DNA of 64,000 nucleotides from Pseudovirgaria hyperparasitica (Eukaryota): NCBI GenBank assembly GCA_010093815.1, contig ML996575.1; one strand, 5' to 3'. Shown piece by piece: positions 62,323 to 64,000 of this stretch (position 1 is its first letter; each line of letters starts with the position of its first letter). The notes under the pieces were generated by a model. It saw only the letters and a program-made list of their open reading frames with translations, ran no database searches and was not told where the DNA came from. The position numbers and the translations under genes were made by a program.

Positions 62323-64000
62323 ACAGATTGAACACGCAGGTCTGGGCTATACAATCTGGGATCTCTCGCGACAAGATGGTTAACACGATATCTGCACGGA
62401 CAAAGTAGTTTTCCATCTGATCTATAACCTAGGTTCATTCTCGATTAAGTGTTCATATTATATTAATACTTTATTAAACATGAAAGCTTTAGCGCGCCGT
62501 CTCCTTGCGTTCTCCATTTATACCATCGGGCTTAAAAATTTCTTCTCATCGTTATACGAAATGGTTGATAAGTATCATTATCTTTCCATGCGCCACAGCT
62601 AACTGTGAATGCTGATATGTTGCGTTAGCCGTCAAAAGCTACCATACTTGGTAGTCAAGGTCGGAGCAGGCATAAGTGATACCTCTTATCGCACAGTAAA
62701 AGGTGTTGGGTATGTAGCAATGAGAGCGCTGGAATGTGAGTGCCAGGTATGTAACCTTCACAATGCTAATCTTACAGTGACGGTTATGCCATCCCTAACT
62801 ACATATACCTCTGCTTCCTCTGCCCAAACCTCTCCCCTTACTTCTTCTGACGGCTTAAAATTGAATCGACGCCGCTGCTAATATCTGTCTCATCAGAATC
62901 CATGATATGCCCCTGCTTGAATTTGACCGAGCAGTTGCGGCTGTGCGGTCTTTTCTGCAAACGCGGCCCTTGATGTGTCTTCGCGCAGTATTACTCGTGG
63001 GGATGCTCATCGTCCAGAAGACAAGGAGATGGTGTGCATAGGAGCAGAGCCACAGCGCATGCATTGAGCTTCGCAAGCACTGACATGGAAGAAATTGCGC
63101 AGAGATATGTATATTCTATTTCATTCTTTGCCCATAATGCAGTATATTTATATAGAAACGGAGCATGTTGATACCTGAGGACGAGCATCGAGAGTCATGT
63201 GTTTTGGTCGATCTTACCTGCATACTTATTATTCCTACGAAGAAACATGATCAGTATTCTCAATTGGCAATCTGGCTTCCAGTGTTTGAAAAGGGTCGAT
63301 CTGTTAGTGCTATTGACCATTGTTCGCATCACACGATGATGGACGTTGTTTCAGGAGACGATGACGCGAATCTGCGCCCATGAGGGAATTCTGGCGCTGA
63401 TCGGGTCCAACAGTTATCATTCATAGCTTTGGGCGCTTGTGCTCAGCGGTCAGCTCGGTTGCATGATGTTCTGCATGGAATGGCTGAGTGTCATGTTTGG
63501 ACAACAGCTCTTGCCGCTCAACAGTACATGTACGCCGGCGATTGAATGTCAGATGGCACTTAGGGGAAACGACTACGGTAGGAGTATATCCTGTGTGGAA
63601 TAAAACACATGGGACTGCCGGGTCGGATTGAACGAATGTATAAATTTCACTGTGGAGGTTCAGTGGCGGAGCTTTCACTGGCCAAGCTTCAACATCATTA
63701 TCAGTATAGGGAAGCACTGCTACTCCTGATCATCGTCTAAACTTTGATCAACGAGAAAATCGACATTATCTGATGCACACGTCATTTCCCCTAACACAAT
63801 GGCTAATTCATAAAGGCTAGTTCACAAAGCTCAGTTATACATATACATAGCTTCAAGTAAGAATACTCCTCTCTGCTCCACAGGCGCACCCAAGATATTC
63901 CTTCCTCCACATCTAACAACTGGAGGTGCCTCTTTTCGTGGTTCGTGCGGTGCAACTCATCATATCTAGCTCCAGTGTACGAGACAAGCCCTGATGACTC

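Noticed and set aside
62609..63717. Short ORFs at the right end of the window
   Set aside because: No recognisable domain and no convincing splice model could be built.

Overview
Filamentous ascomycete (Pezizomycotina-like) genomic DNA: intron-containing genes plus AT-rich, RIP-mutated transposons. The main result is a candidate fungal RiPP (dikaritin/KEP-type) gene cluster at about 5.6-11.8 kb that the ORF track fragments. It has an 87-aa secreted precursor with four near-identical repeats (x-SPVPPLFDGGV[D/E]-x-K) separated by Kex2-type KR sites, divergently transcribed from a 4-exon DUF3328/UstYa-type oxidase with two HxxHC motifs. These are followed by a proline-specific aminopeptidase and a POT/PTR transporter that has lost its proton-coupling residues. 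The core is Pro-rich and lacks Tyr/Trp, unlike ustiloxin, phomopsin or asperipin cores. Flanking genes are a Pth11-like membrane protein, an amino-acid permease, a tRNA-Arg and two divergent BAHD-type acyltransferases. Further along are a maltase/Zn2Cys6/sugar-porter cluster whose promoter is split by a pogo relic, a small secreted CFEM protein and xylulokinase. A 21.8-kb nest of RIP-degraded LTR elements (a copia containing two gypsy elements and a solo LTR, all with resolvable LTRs and target-site duplications) is followed by a CDF metal transporter and a class II aldolase-family gene. All gene models were spliced by eye and no database search was possible.
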